Source: Sphyrna mokarran (Eukaryota). Taken from it: DNA of 64,000 nucleotides. The translations under genes and the position numbers were made by a program. Location: contig JAGIQG010000038.1 of NCBI GenBank assembly GCA_024679065.1, positions 8,060,001 through 8,124,000 on the forward strand. The letters are read 5' to 3'. Positions 13,030-23,590 of the stretch are shown one piece after another (the stretch's first letter is position 1; every line of letters starts with the position of its first letter). Under the pieces are notes generated by a model. The model saw only the letters and a list, made by a program, of their open reading frames with translations, had not been told where the DNA came from and did not search any database.

Positions 13030-13790
13030 ATAGAACCTGAGAAAATAAAACGATCAGCTATTCTGGCAAGCACGGATGTGCAGCAACAATGGCAAATGTT
13101 TAAAATGGTCATCAGGGTGCAGGTAAAATATATTCAGCGAAAAGTAAGGGACAAATTAAACACTAATGGGATTATGTGGACGATTAAAGAAGGGAAACAA
13201 CTGAGGGTTAGGATACACTAAGTACATGGATGACAAAGTAGTGCAAAAACACAACTAGGAAGACAAAGAGGAACTATGGAGTTAAATTATCCAGGATCAA
13301 ACAAAATAGTAAAATACTTTACAGGCATATCAACAAAAGGGAAAGCTGCGAGGGGGAATTAGACCATTAAGGGATAGACAGCAACAATAGAGAGATGGCA
13401 GAAATAATAAATACTTATTTTGCTTTTGTACTTACCAAGGAGATAGAATAAGCGGACATGACACAATGATGAGATGAGCAATGAGAGAAGTACATACAAA
13501 ATAAAAAAAAGAACGGAATGTATTGAATAAATTCAAGGAGGATTAAAACCCTGGTCCAGATGGATTGCATCCACACATTTTAAAAGAATCTAGGGAAGAG
13601 ATAGCAGAGACATTACTACTTATATTTAATAATTCATTAGAAAAGTGTAGTGCCAGAGGACTGGCTAAAGCTACAGTAATTCCTACATTTAAGGGGAACA
13701 GAACATGTCTCAGCTTAACATCAGTGGTGTGAAAAATAGTGGAATAATTACCGAAGGAGAGAATAGAAGAACATTGAGAAATGATTTTTT
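13030..13790 (+). mobile_element. CR1 ORF2 internal fragment (linker and RT start)
   Basis: cctggtccagatggattgcatccacacattttaaaagaa (PGPDGLHPxILKE), gtgccagaggactgg (VPEDW). Confidence 0.7.
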
Positions 13791-14441
13791 TTATAATTTG
13801 TTCACGGGATGTAGGTATCTCTGGCTTGACCTGCATTTATTGCCATTTCTAATTGCCCTCGAGAAGACAGTGGTGAGCTGCCTTCTTGAACAGCTATGGT
13901 CAGAGATGTGGGTACACCCAGAGTGCTGTTATTTCAAGATTTTGACCTAGCAACAGTAAAGAAATGGTGATTATATTTCCAAGTCAAGATGAGTGACTTA
14001 GAGAAGAACTTGCAGATGGTGATACCTCGAGGTATAAAGGCAGCATGCATCTGCTGCCCTTGTACCTCGAGGTGGTAGAGGCCATGGGTTTGAAAGGTGC
14101 TGTCGAAGGAATCTTGGTGAGTTGCTGCAGTGCATCTTGTAGACTGCCACTGTGCATTGGTGGTAGAGGGAGTGAATGTTAGGGGCAGTGGATTGGGTGC
14201 CAATCAAACAGGGCTGCTTTGTCCTGGATGGTGTCCAGCTTCTCGAGTGCTGTTGGAGCTGCACTCATCCAGACAAGTAGGAAGTATTCCATCACACTCC
14301 TGACTTGCACCTTGTAGATGGTGGATAGGTTTTGGGAAACAAGAGCTGAGTTGCTCGCAGCAGAATTCCCAGCCTTTGACTTGCTCTTGTAGCCATACTA
14401 TTTATATAGTTAGTTCAGTTCACTTTCTGGTCAATGGTAAC

Positions 14442-14657
14442 CACAGTAAGAAGTCTGACAACACCAGTTTTAAATCCAACCAATTTACTTGATAGTAAAC
14501 TCGCAAGCTTTTGACTCTACGGCCTTCGTCAGGCGAATGATAAACAAATGGTAGTTGAAAGCTTGCGAGTTTACTATCAAATAAATCGGTTGGATTTAAA
14601 CTACTGTTGTCAGACTTCTTACTGTGTTTACCCCAGTCCAACACCAGCATCTCTACA
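14442..14657. mobile_element. Fold-back mini element made of two inverted Penelope pseudo-LTR ends
   Basis: cacagtaagaagtctgacaac...gttgtcagacttcttactgtg inverted arms, tail tttaccccagtccaacaccagcatctctacat on one side only, flanking duplication tcaatggtaac/tcaatggcaac. Confidence 0.75.
14499..14538 (-). ncRNA. Minimal type I hammerhead ribozyme motif (GAAA mutated to AAAA)
   Basis: AUUCGC CUGACGA A GGC CGUAGA GUC AAAA GCUU GCGAGU; helix I AUUCGC/GCGAGU, helix II GGC/GUC. Confidence 0.6.
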
Positions 14658-15624
14658 TCAATGGCAACTCCCAGGATGTTGTTATGGGGGATGCAGTGAT
14701 GGCAATGCCATTGAATGTGATGGGGAGATGGTTAGATCCTCTTTTGCTGGAGATGGTCATTGCCTGGCACTTGTATGGCACAAATGTTATTGCCACTTGT
14801 CAACCCAAGCCTGGATATTGTCCAGGTTTTGCTACATTTGGACATAGACTGCTTCAACATCCGAGGAGTTGCAAATGGTGCTGAACAAGTCATCAGCAAA
14901 GAGCACTACTGTTGTTACGTTGGCGGGAAGATCATTGATGAAACAGCTGAAGGTTGGGCCTAGGACACTATCCTGAGGAATTCTTGCAGTGATGTCCTGG
15001 AATGAAGACGATTGGCCTCCAATCACCAAACCATCTTCCTTTATGCCAGGTGTGACTCTAACCAGTGCATAGGTTTTTCCCAATTCCCATTGATTCCAGT
15101 TTTGCTAGGGCTCCTTGATTCCGCACTTAGTCAAATGCTGCCTTGATGTCAACAGCTGTCACTCTCACTTCTTGCATACAACTCTTTTGTCCAAGTTTGA
15201 ACCAAGGCTGTAATGAGGTCAGGAGCTGAGTGACTGTGGCGGAACCCAAACTGGGTGTCAATGAGGAGGTTATTGCTGAGTAAGTGCTGCTTGATAGCGC
15301 TGTTGGTGTTACTTTCTTTCACTTTACTGATGGTCGAGAATAGATTGATAGGACAGTAATTGGCCAGGTTGGATTTGTCCTTTTTTTGTGTACAAGACAT
15401 AACTGAGCAATTTTCCACATTGACAGGGAGATGGTAGTGTTGTTGCTGTACTGGAACAGCTTGGCTGCGGTGTGATTAGTTCTGGAGCACAAGTCTTTGG
15501 TACTATTGCCAGAATATAAGGGCCCATAGCTTTTGCAGTATTCAGTGCCTTCAGCTATTTCTTAACATCACGTGGAGTGACTTGAATTGTTGAAGACTGG
15601 CATGTGAGATGCTGGAGAGCTCAG

Positions 15625-16450
15625 CAAATTACAGAAGGACATTAATAAACTTGTGTAAAAGTTCATTTGTCAATTATTTGTCCATTCTACAAATAAATGT
15701 GAGGTAGTACATTTTGATAGGCAGAGTAGGGAGGTCACCAATTACCTGTAGAAAGTGCAAAGAGGAACAAAAGGACCTCAGAGTACAAATATATCAGTTA
15801 CTAAAACTTGTGCCACAGGTTAGTAAGGTCATTAAAAAAGCAAACCAAGCACCATGCTTTATTTACAAATAGACAGTATTGAAAAGTAAGCATGTTATGC
15901 TAATCCCTGTATCGAGTCTTGGTGAGGCCACAAAAGAGCAGTGTGCACAGTTCTGGTCACCATATTACAAAAGGTTATAGAGGCATTAGAGGGAGTGCAG
16001 GGAAGATTTACAAGGGTGATACCAAAAATGTGAAGATATACACATCAGGAAAGGATCGACAAACCTGGTCCCTCCTCCCCTGAAAAAGGCAGCTATGGGG
16101 TGGAAGTTTTTAAAATTCTGAAAAGTTTTGATGGAGTAGATACAGAGTGAATGTTTCCTCCTGTGGAGAAGATGGTAGAGACCATCAATATAAGATGGTC
16201 ACGAAATTAGGAATTCAGGAACTTCATCCAGAGAGGGATGAGAATGTGGAATACTCTTCCACAGGGAGCAGTTGAAGTGAGGAGTGCAGATATATTTAAG
16301 GGGAAACTTGACAAGAATGAGGGAGAAGGGAATAGAGAGTTATCACGATAGATTTAGATGAGAGAGAGAGGAGGAGACTTCAGTGGAACATAAACACCAG
16401 CATGGACTGGTGGAACTGAAAGACCTGTTTCTGTATCGTAAATCCTATTG
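15625..16450 (+). mobile_element. Old CR1 3' fragment
   Basis: aaatgtgaggtagtacatttt (KCEVVHF), gtgaggccacaa..cagttctggtcacc (VRP..QFWSP), CR1-like tail gacctgtttctgtatcgta. Confidence 0.7.
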
Positions 16451-17277
16451 AAGCCAACGTAACATCAAAAAAGTTCAACACTGGCTATAAAGCACTATGG
16501 GGAGCTTGTAAAAGGCACCACATAAATGCACATCTTTATTTTTAAATAGGCACAAGGGTTGGTTACAGGCCCGCACAGTCAGAAATTGAGGTGAACTTTC
16601 CCCAATTCCATAAACCCATATAGATTTTACTGCAACAGGAGCTCAAGTTACTGATCATCAAAAGCCCACCACAGTTAAAATGCTCCAACTGATGGAAAGA
16701 AAACACTTTCAATCAAATAGCAATCATGAACGCAAAGGTCAGCGTCAGCACAACTAGTTTTTCAGGGTCCATCAATCATTTCAAGCACTAAGGAAGGATT
16801 ACATCAAAATAAAGTGGCTTGTCCCTTTGTTGAAAAACAGACAGTGTCTGACTAAGGGAAATCATCTGTGAAATGTCATTAAAATTGAACAGAGCTTTTC
16901 ATAGAAATGGGAAAACGTTTATGAAAGCACTATTCCCACATTCAGGAAAGAAACACCATCTTGCCAATTTAAAACTAGGTTTTCATTGAATTTGTGTCAA
17001 GACCAAAAGCTGCAGAAGCATCGCTCACTACTTAGCTTGTGCTCAGCTCCAGCTAGTTGAAAAAGCAGCCAGTCAGCTCTTTGCAAGCTACTGTTATCAC
17101 TCCATCCTTTAATTCAAATGCTTGTCCACCGACTCATCTGTGCCTAAAGGTTACTGTTAACTCTTGTGATTAGTATCCTCTGATTAAAGTTCAAGAGAAG
17201 CAACTTGCAGAGGTATGGAGCAAACCCCAGTCACCAAACTGTAAATCTCTCCCCAGCCCTGGTGCACACTGTTGGGA

Positions 17278-17812
17278 TGCAGAGATGCCGGTGTTGGACT
17301 GGGGTAAACACAGTAAAAAGTCTGACAACACCAGTTTTAAATCCAACCAATTTATTTGATAGTAAACTCGCAAGCTTTCGACTCTATGGCCTTCATCAGG
17401 CAAATGAGGTGTTCTGGTCTCCAATAGCACACATAACAGCACAGACTGTTTACAGATTACTGATTAGAATGTGAATCTTTACACCTAACCTGCTATTCAA
17501 GTCTTAAAGTGGCTAACAACGTGAGTGGAAGGAGCACTGAGCACAGGTTAAAGAGATGTGTATTGTCTCCAGACAGCACAGTAAGTGAGGCTTTTTGCTA
17601 ACCCAGGCAAGTCATGGGGGTTACAGATAGTGTGACATGAAGCCAAGATCCCTGTTAAGACCGTCCTAGCGTGCTGAAATCGGCTATCAGTCTCTGCTCA
17701 GCGGAGCATTCACGGGCATTTGGCCTCCGATCTTCGGGTAAACGTTCTTCAAGGGGGCCTTCACGACACACGACAGCACAGAGTCGCTGAGCAGAGACTG
17801 ATAGCCAAGCAA
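17278..17812 (-). mobile_element. Penelope-like element 3' end with short inverted segment (17706-17812)
   Basis: Tail agatgccggtgttggactggggtaaacacag, pseudo-LTR closely matching 14442-14540, and gctatcagtctctgctcagcg...cgctgagcagagactgatagcc inversion in the GIY-YIG C-terminal coding part. Confidence 0.75.
17366..17405 (-). ncRNA. Minimal type I hammerhead ribozyme motif with intact core boxes
   Basis: AUUUGC CUGAUGA A GGC CAUAGA GUC GAAA GCUU GCGAGU: CUGAUGA and GAAA present, helix I and II pair, palindromic AGCU replaces helix III. Confidence 0.7.
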
Positions 17813-18574
17813 TATTCAGTGGATGGATAATGTAATGAGATGTATTTTTAAAATATTTCTGGGAGAATTATATCGATATTCTGTTTAGGTGAAGAAAACT
17901 GTAGGGGTGTGTTCAGGATTTATTTAACAGGGGAGAAGGACTCGAGACAAGTTGCCTGCGAGGTCGAAGAGATGAAAGTTAAAAAGGTACAGGTTGATGC
18001 ATTTGTAATGAGAGGTTATGGTGAGTTTGAGTTATAAGGAAATAAGTTGGATCTAAACATTGGCATTGTAAGTGGGAAACCTGGTTTTTCAGCTGTTGAA
18101 TTTCAAAAGGGAGTTCAGAGGTGACAAAGAACATTTGCATCTTACAAAGGTTCCATGAGTAAATAGGAGAATATATATTAAATTTCACTGACCCAAAGGT
18201 AGAAACAAAAATAGAAAACAAGGTTTTAGTATTTGGAGAAGTTGAATTCAAAGTTGTTTTGAGGAACCAGAAATGAAAGGGGGAAGATATTTATGTAAGG
18301 ATGTTTCACCAAATGGGATGGCTGTGGCACAAAACCCTGAAAAAACAGTTCCTTTGTATGAGAACTGCTGGGAAAATGTTGAATTGGAGGCAGCCACCAG
18401 CAATAAGCCAGCTTTTGGAAAAGTTTGTTTCTAAACCCTCTTCTGGAATTCCAAATCAGAATGGAAGTATTTGAGAAGTCAAGCGGCACACCTTTACTGA
18501 AGTGATAACAATTCCTTGATCTGGTTAATATTACGGGATTTTTATGGTTATAAAGGGGCTGTTGCCAAGAACAC

Positions 18575-18785
18575 ATCTGTGTGGGTTTCCTACAGGTGCT
18601 CCGGTTTCCCCCCTCAGTCCAGAGATGCGTGAGTTGGGTGGACTGACCATGCTAATTAACCCCAGTGGCACAGGATTAGCAGGGTAAATGTGGGCTTACA
18701 GGAATAGGGCCTGGGTGGGATTGTGATTGGTGCAGACTTGATGGGCTGAATGGTCTCCTTCTGCACTGTAGGGATTCTATGATTC
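18575..18785 (+). mobile_element. 5'-truncated HE1/V-SINE
   Basis: gtgggtttcctacaggtgctccggtttcc...ccttctgcactgtagggattctatga. Confidence 0.8.
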
Positions 18786-19039
18786 AAAGGTAGTTTACTT
18801 GTGTACTTTTGACCAAGTAGGTCAGGGTTTTTTTTTGGGAGATTGATCTGTAAGACTGTTTTAACTGTATAACTTTAATCTTGTGTGCTTCCATTATTTT
18901 TCTTTCAAAATAAATCTTTTAATTTTTCACATTCTAAAGGTGGTACTGGAATTCTATGCTTTTGTGGTCAATAGCTTTTCCTTCTCATTTTCACAATTAA
19001 AAAGAAGGGTTTCTGATCAGTGAGACAGACCTCATTCTG

Positions 19040-19185
19040 GAATAAAGGCAAAGCACCACAGATGCTGGAATCTGGAGTCTGAAACAGAAACAGAAAATGC
19101 TGGAAAATCTCAGCTGATCTTCCAGCATCTGTGGTGAGAAAATAAAGCCAACGCTTCAAGTCTGGATGATCCTTCATCAGACCCC
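19040..19185 (-). mobile_element. Short Penelope-derived repeat with degenerate hammerhead motif
   Basis: Reverse: tCTGATGAaggatcatccagacttGAAGcgtt...cacagatgctgg..gctgagattttccagcattttctgtt; similar copies at 23752-23850, 52293-52395, 63868-63975. Confidence 0.6.
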
Positions 19186-19553
19186 AATCTGGGGTCTGGC
19201 TTGCCCAGCAATAACATCTGCTGTGGAAGTAACAATAGCAAACTAAGCTACAGCCTGACCTTCTCATAAGGTGTTTGGCAGTTTAAAGAGTTTCCAAGCA
19301 AGGATGAGATGCATGATGCCCAACAGGAAAATACCAAACATTTAATATATTTCAATTGTTTTCCTTGCCCCCTCTTGGCTTATGAAAGCTAAAAGGGACC
19401 AGGTTTTGACAACACTTCAAAGGTAACTACAGACAATAATAATAGGGCAGTTGAGGGCCTGTTAGTTTGTTATAGGTTTCTTACACCTAGGTCTTCACAG
19501 GGAGTAATAAGAAGAAAGCCAAAAGGAGGAGGAAAGGTAATTTTAAAACAGTT

Positions 19554-19588
19554 GGCTTCATAGCTCAGTGGTTAGCACACTGGTCTTG
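19554..19588 (+). pseudogene. 5' half of a tRNA-Thr(UGU)-like sequence
   Basis: ggcttcatagctcagtggttagcacactggtcttg versus recalled vertebrate tRNA-Thr GGCTCCATAGCTCAGTGGTTAGAGCACTGGTCTTGT; no 3' half visible. Confidence 0.55.
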
Positions 19589-19888
19589 GCCATGGTGGTA
19601 CAATGGTTAGCACTACCTCAGTACCAGGGATCCAGGTTCGATTCGCAGCTTGGGCGACAGTGTTGAGTTGACACATCCTCCCGTGTCTGTATGGGTTTCC
19701 TCCAATTTCCTCCCACAGTCCAAAGATGTGTAGGTTTAGTTGATTGGCCATACTATATTGCCACTTAGTGACGGGGGATTAATAGAGTAAATAGGTAGGG
19801 CTATAGGATAAGGCCTGGATGGGATTGTGGTCGGTGCAGACTCAATAGGCCAAATGGCCTCCTTGGGCATTGTGGAGGGATTCTATGA
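19589..19888 (+). mobile_element. HE1/V-SINE-type SINE
   Basis: atggtggtacaatggttagcactacctcag..ccaggttcgattc, V-domain, tail gggattctatga. Confidence 0.85.
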
Positions 19889-21295
19889 ACTTTGGTAAGA
19901 TTTAGCTGAACTCTGCAAAGGGCTGCCAGTCTCAATTGCCTCATAACCTATTGCTAAGCAACAAAGAGTTGGTGCATCACCAAAAGATGCAGCTTTTCAG
20001 CTATCCTACTTATTGTTTCTTTGTCAAACAGACAGCTCTATGGTGAATTGAAACATTGTGTAAGGTGTTTCTTATGTGTGAAGGCTTTTCAATAAAAGAC
20101 AAAATCTCAGCAAAAACAGGGACAACATTACATAGAGTCAAAGGCTTTCTTGGATTTTTTTTTTTTTGCTTAAGATTGGTCACAAAGCAGCTGTAATTCA
20201 GTCATCTAACTGGAGATTGATGTCTATTCACACAAATATCCACCATTTTCTTCTCTTAATATTAAGTACTGAAGATTTGATGTTTAGCATGCAGTTCCTG
20301 CACACAGGTACAGTCCTAAAGATGCCTGTTTCTCTCTGGTTATTAAGCATTGTTGCCATTTTCCATGTCTAACCATGTTGGGAGTGCAAACAGGACATTA
20401 AACAACGGAGTACATCACAGATGACCCAATATTCTCGGCACTTTACATCCACACGTGCGCTTTTTGGTAGATAATTTTCAGAAGTAGCAGTGTTGCAGTA
20501 TTTTTCCCTTCTCAGCTCCAAGAGATGCCAACGCAAATAATAGGGGGCTCCCCACTATCCCAGCTATGGTTAACAACCAAATGGCAAACAAACCTCAGGC
20601 TTTCATGTGGTGATGCATGCAATGATTGAATCATTAACAGATGACCAAACTGAAACACTTCTGTCAGTGGTAGACTTATGCACAATGTGGGAAGGTCGTC
20701 TGGGAAAAGTTACACTGGAAGAAATCAGAATTCACCTACTTGGCGGACAAGAGGGATTTAGAATTTACCTCAACTGAGAACTGAAGTTGTTGGGAGCAGG
20801 TGGCTAGGGCCAGAACCATAGATTAGTAAATCGGGCCTCGTTTCTCTGTGAAGCTGCCAACATTACACAATTATCAATACAAATCTCACTCACGGGAGCT
20901 GCTTTTATACTGGCACTCAATTAGATTGGATTTCAGGAGGCCAATATCATACAAGTTAACTCAGTTTCACACTGCTACATTAAAATCCATCCCAGGACAG
21001 TGAGACTCTCACACAAAAAAAACCACAGGGCACGAGTCAACTGGTAAGAAAGCCAAGATTTAGTCTTCGGCCTTCTCTTACACCTTTGAGCTGAAAACAC
21101 GCTGTACATCTCCCCTCCCAGCATTCCTGAGGTATATTCTTAGGCTCCTCTACCTCCTCATCTGTTCACTGGTCCTCAGGAAGATTTGCTTTTTCTTCCA
21201 AGACAGCATGTAATACCTTAACTATGATGCATAACTGGAGCAAGCTGTGAATCCAAAATGAAAGTCTGTCTCTTTTAATTGCCTTAGACACTTAC

Positions 21296-21455
21296 GGCTC
21301 AGCTCTCTGGAAGTGGGAGGGTTGAGGCTGTCACAGCTGTCTGCACTATCACTGCTGGAAATGTCATCATCTGATTCCTTGGGTGAAGAACACAGCGAAG
21401 AACCATCTACTTCTTCGAATTTTCGCTTTATGCTCCCACTGACAGCCATCTCCAT
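21296..21455 (-). CDS. CSRNP2: CSRNP2 coding exon 1: MEMAVSGSIKRKFEEVDGSSLCSSPKESDDDISSSDSADSCDSLNPPTSRELS (exon begins at 21463)
   Basis: ISSSDSADSCDSLNPPT matches the recalled CSRNP2 N-terminus better than CSRNP1/3; acceptor ttctcttcaacag|GG at 21463, Kozak gaaATGG, donor C|gtaagt (phase 1). Confidence 0.93.
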
Positions 21456-21537
21456 TTCTCACCCTGTTGAAGAGAATTGAGTACATGACTGGAAACTTCA
21501 AGTGTACTTCTTACTTTGGAAAAGACACTTCACTTAC

Positions 21538-21626
21538 CAGCTCAGCCAACCTGCGTCACTGCAATGCCATGAAAAGCTATCTGTACTTGAATTACCACCT
21601 TCACAGCTCTCCCATGTTACAACAAC
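21538..21626 (-). other. CSRNP2: Candidate non-coding 5'UTR exon of CSRNP2 with two 4-codon uORFs
   Basis: Acceptor ttccttttgctttggaag|GT, donor CTG|gtaagtg, 74-nt intron to the ATG exon; uORFs 21615-21601 (MGEL*) and 21570-21556 (MALQ*). Confidence 0.55.
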
Positions 21627-21649
21627 CTTCCAAAGCAAAAGGAAGTAAA

Positions 21650-22000
21650 GAACTTAGATTTATATAGCACCCTCTACAACCTCAAGATATATCAAAACAC
21701 TTCATAGCCAATGAAGTACTTTTTGAAGTTTTAAAATTGGAAATGTGGCAGACAATTTGCACACAGAACAATCCACAAATGGCAATTAGATAAATGACCA
21801 AATCATCTGTTTCAATATTGTTGATTTCAGGATAAACTTTGACCAAGGTATGGGGGATAACCCCCTACTGCACTCAGAATAGTGCCATGGGATCTTTTAC
21901 ATCCACCTGAGGGGGAAGAGAGGGCCTCAGTTTAATGTCTCATTGGGAAGATGCCACCTCCAACAGTGCAATATTCCCTCAATACCACATTGGAGTGTCA
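21650..22000 (-). mobile_element. DeuSINE/SacSINE1-like SINE
   Basis: atttatatagcac...gccaatgaagtacttttt...aatagtgccatgggatcttttacatccacctgag...gccacctccaacagtgca (Deu-domain-like, reverse). Confidence 0.75.
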
Positions 22001-22999
22001 ATAATAAGTCATCACTGATGTATTGAATGAAAATATGAAGTATTCACTTAATTTCCTTGAATCTTAAGTGCCTCCTGGTCCTTTTGGAAGCGCTGTCTAG
22101 CTTCCATGTTCTTACACCCCCCACACACAACCAGTAAACATGGGTAATTGAGGCTGACAATTCAGTGCAGTACTCAGAGGGTGCTCAGAGATGGCTTCTT
22201 TTGGCACAACATTAAACCATATCTGCTATTCTGGTAGATTTACAAGGTCCAATTCCAATATTTGAATGGGAGTTTTTGTTGGTCATCATTCCTCACTCAA
22301 CCCAATGCCACAAAATGCAGACACACCAGGTGCTCATCTCTGCTGTTTCATGGCATCATGTGGCACACAAAATGGCTACCACAATTGCCAAAGTCATCAT
22401 CAGCTGTCCCCCTCGATTTGAGGACAGCATCTACTCAGGGTCACAAGTTTTTACCATAGGTTTTCATTCGCGACCTATTCTTTTGACGAAAATGGGGCAG
22501 GACATTCCGTGAGATAATAGGATTCCAAGTGCAGGATTTGCTTCTTTTTTGCCTCATCATTGAGATGCTCTGATTCAAAGCACGATGCAACGTGATGGAT
22601 GGGTTTTTGAAAAATTGGTAGCAAACTCCTCCCAGTTACTGTCAATGCTGCCGTGCTTCAAGCAGAGCTTGAGTTTCTTTGAAGAGTTTTCCTTATCCTC
22701 TTTGTCCAGTATTGAAGTTAATTTTGCAGGACTTTTCTCTGAGTGCTTACAGAGTTGGCTTCAAGGACACCAGCATTTGTTCAGCCATCTTCTCACTGAA
22801 TCTGGAGAACGTGGGAGAGGTATTGCTGATTGAATCTCTATAGTACCCCTATGCGTTGCTGAGCTCAGGTCTCACTGCAGGACAGCAGTGTGGTGTTGCC
22901 AACAGCTCTGTACAATCAGGCCTTCGTGGAGATCTGTGTTATCACTCTTTGCTGCAGTTCGTAGACAGCCGAGATGACAGTCAATCCAGTGTTGGATTG

Positions 23000-23590
23000 T
23001 AGAATCCTTACAGCGCTATTTGGCCCATCAGGTCTGCACTGACTTTTCAAAATAGCATCCCACCCAGGCCTCTCTCCTCCACCCTATCCCATAATCCCGC
23101 ACATTTAACATGGCCCGAAGGAAACCCATGCATACACGGGGAGAACATGCAAACTCCATACAGTCACCTGGGGAGTTGATGCCTAGTGGTATTATCACTA
23201 GACTATTAATCCAGAAACTCAGCTAATGTTCTGGGGACCTGCATTTGAATCCTGCGACGGTAGATGGACTTTGAATTCAATAAAAAAATCTGGAATTAAG
23301 AATCTACTGATGACCATGAAACCATTGTTGATTGTCAAAAAAAACCCATCCCTGGTTCCCTTTAGAGAAGAGAATCTGCTATCTTTACTCAGTCTGGTCT
23401 ACACGTGGCTCCAGAACCAAAGCAATGTGGTTCACTCTCACTGCCCTCGAAGAGCAAATAGGGATGGGCAATAAATGCTAGCCAGCCAGCGATATCCATG
23501 TCTCACGAATAATTTAAAAAACCCAAGGCCAGAATCAAACAGGTCTCCGGGCACTGTGAGGCAGCAGTGCTAACCATTATGCGACCATTC
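23000..23590 (-). mobile_element. HE1/V-SINE split by insertion of a second SINE at 23171-23520
   Basis: 3' part 23000-23168 (tagaatccttacag..ggaaacccatgcatacacggggagaacatgcaaactcc) resumes at 23521-23590 (acccaaggccagaatc..tgtgaggcagcagtgctaacca). Confidence 0.75.
23171..23520 (+). mobile_element. tRNA-derived SINE, second family, near full length
   Basis: tgcctagtggtattatcactagactattaatccagaaac..tttgaatcc head; 3' end gggatgggcaataaatgctagccagccagcg; homologous to 53363-53672. Confidence 0.8.

Larger units (their letters stand above)
13790..15615 (-). mobile_element. Non-LTR retrotransposon (CR1/L2-group, Crack/Daphne-like) 3' fragment, interrupted at 14442-14657
   Basis: ANYCPINLFSTISKV, QFGFRHSHSAPDL, IPQDSVLGPTFSCFINDLP..VLFADD; 3' end ggcaattagaaatggcaataaatgc. 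Confidence 0.75.
17831..19216 (+). mobile_element. Possible solo LTR, containing a SINE (18575-18785) and a PLE-derived insert (19040-19185)
   Basis: Starts TGTAAT and ends ATAACA, with an internal aataaa at about 18908; no TSD found. Confidence 0.3.
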
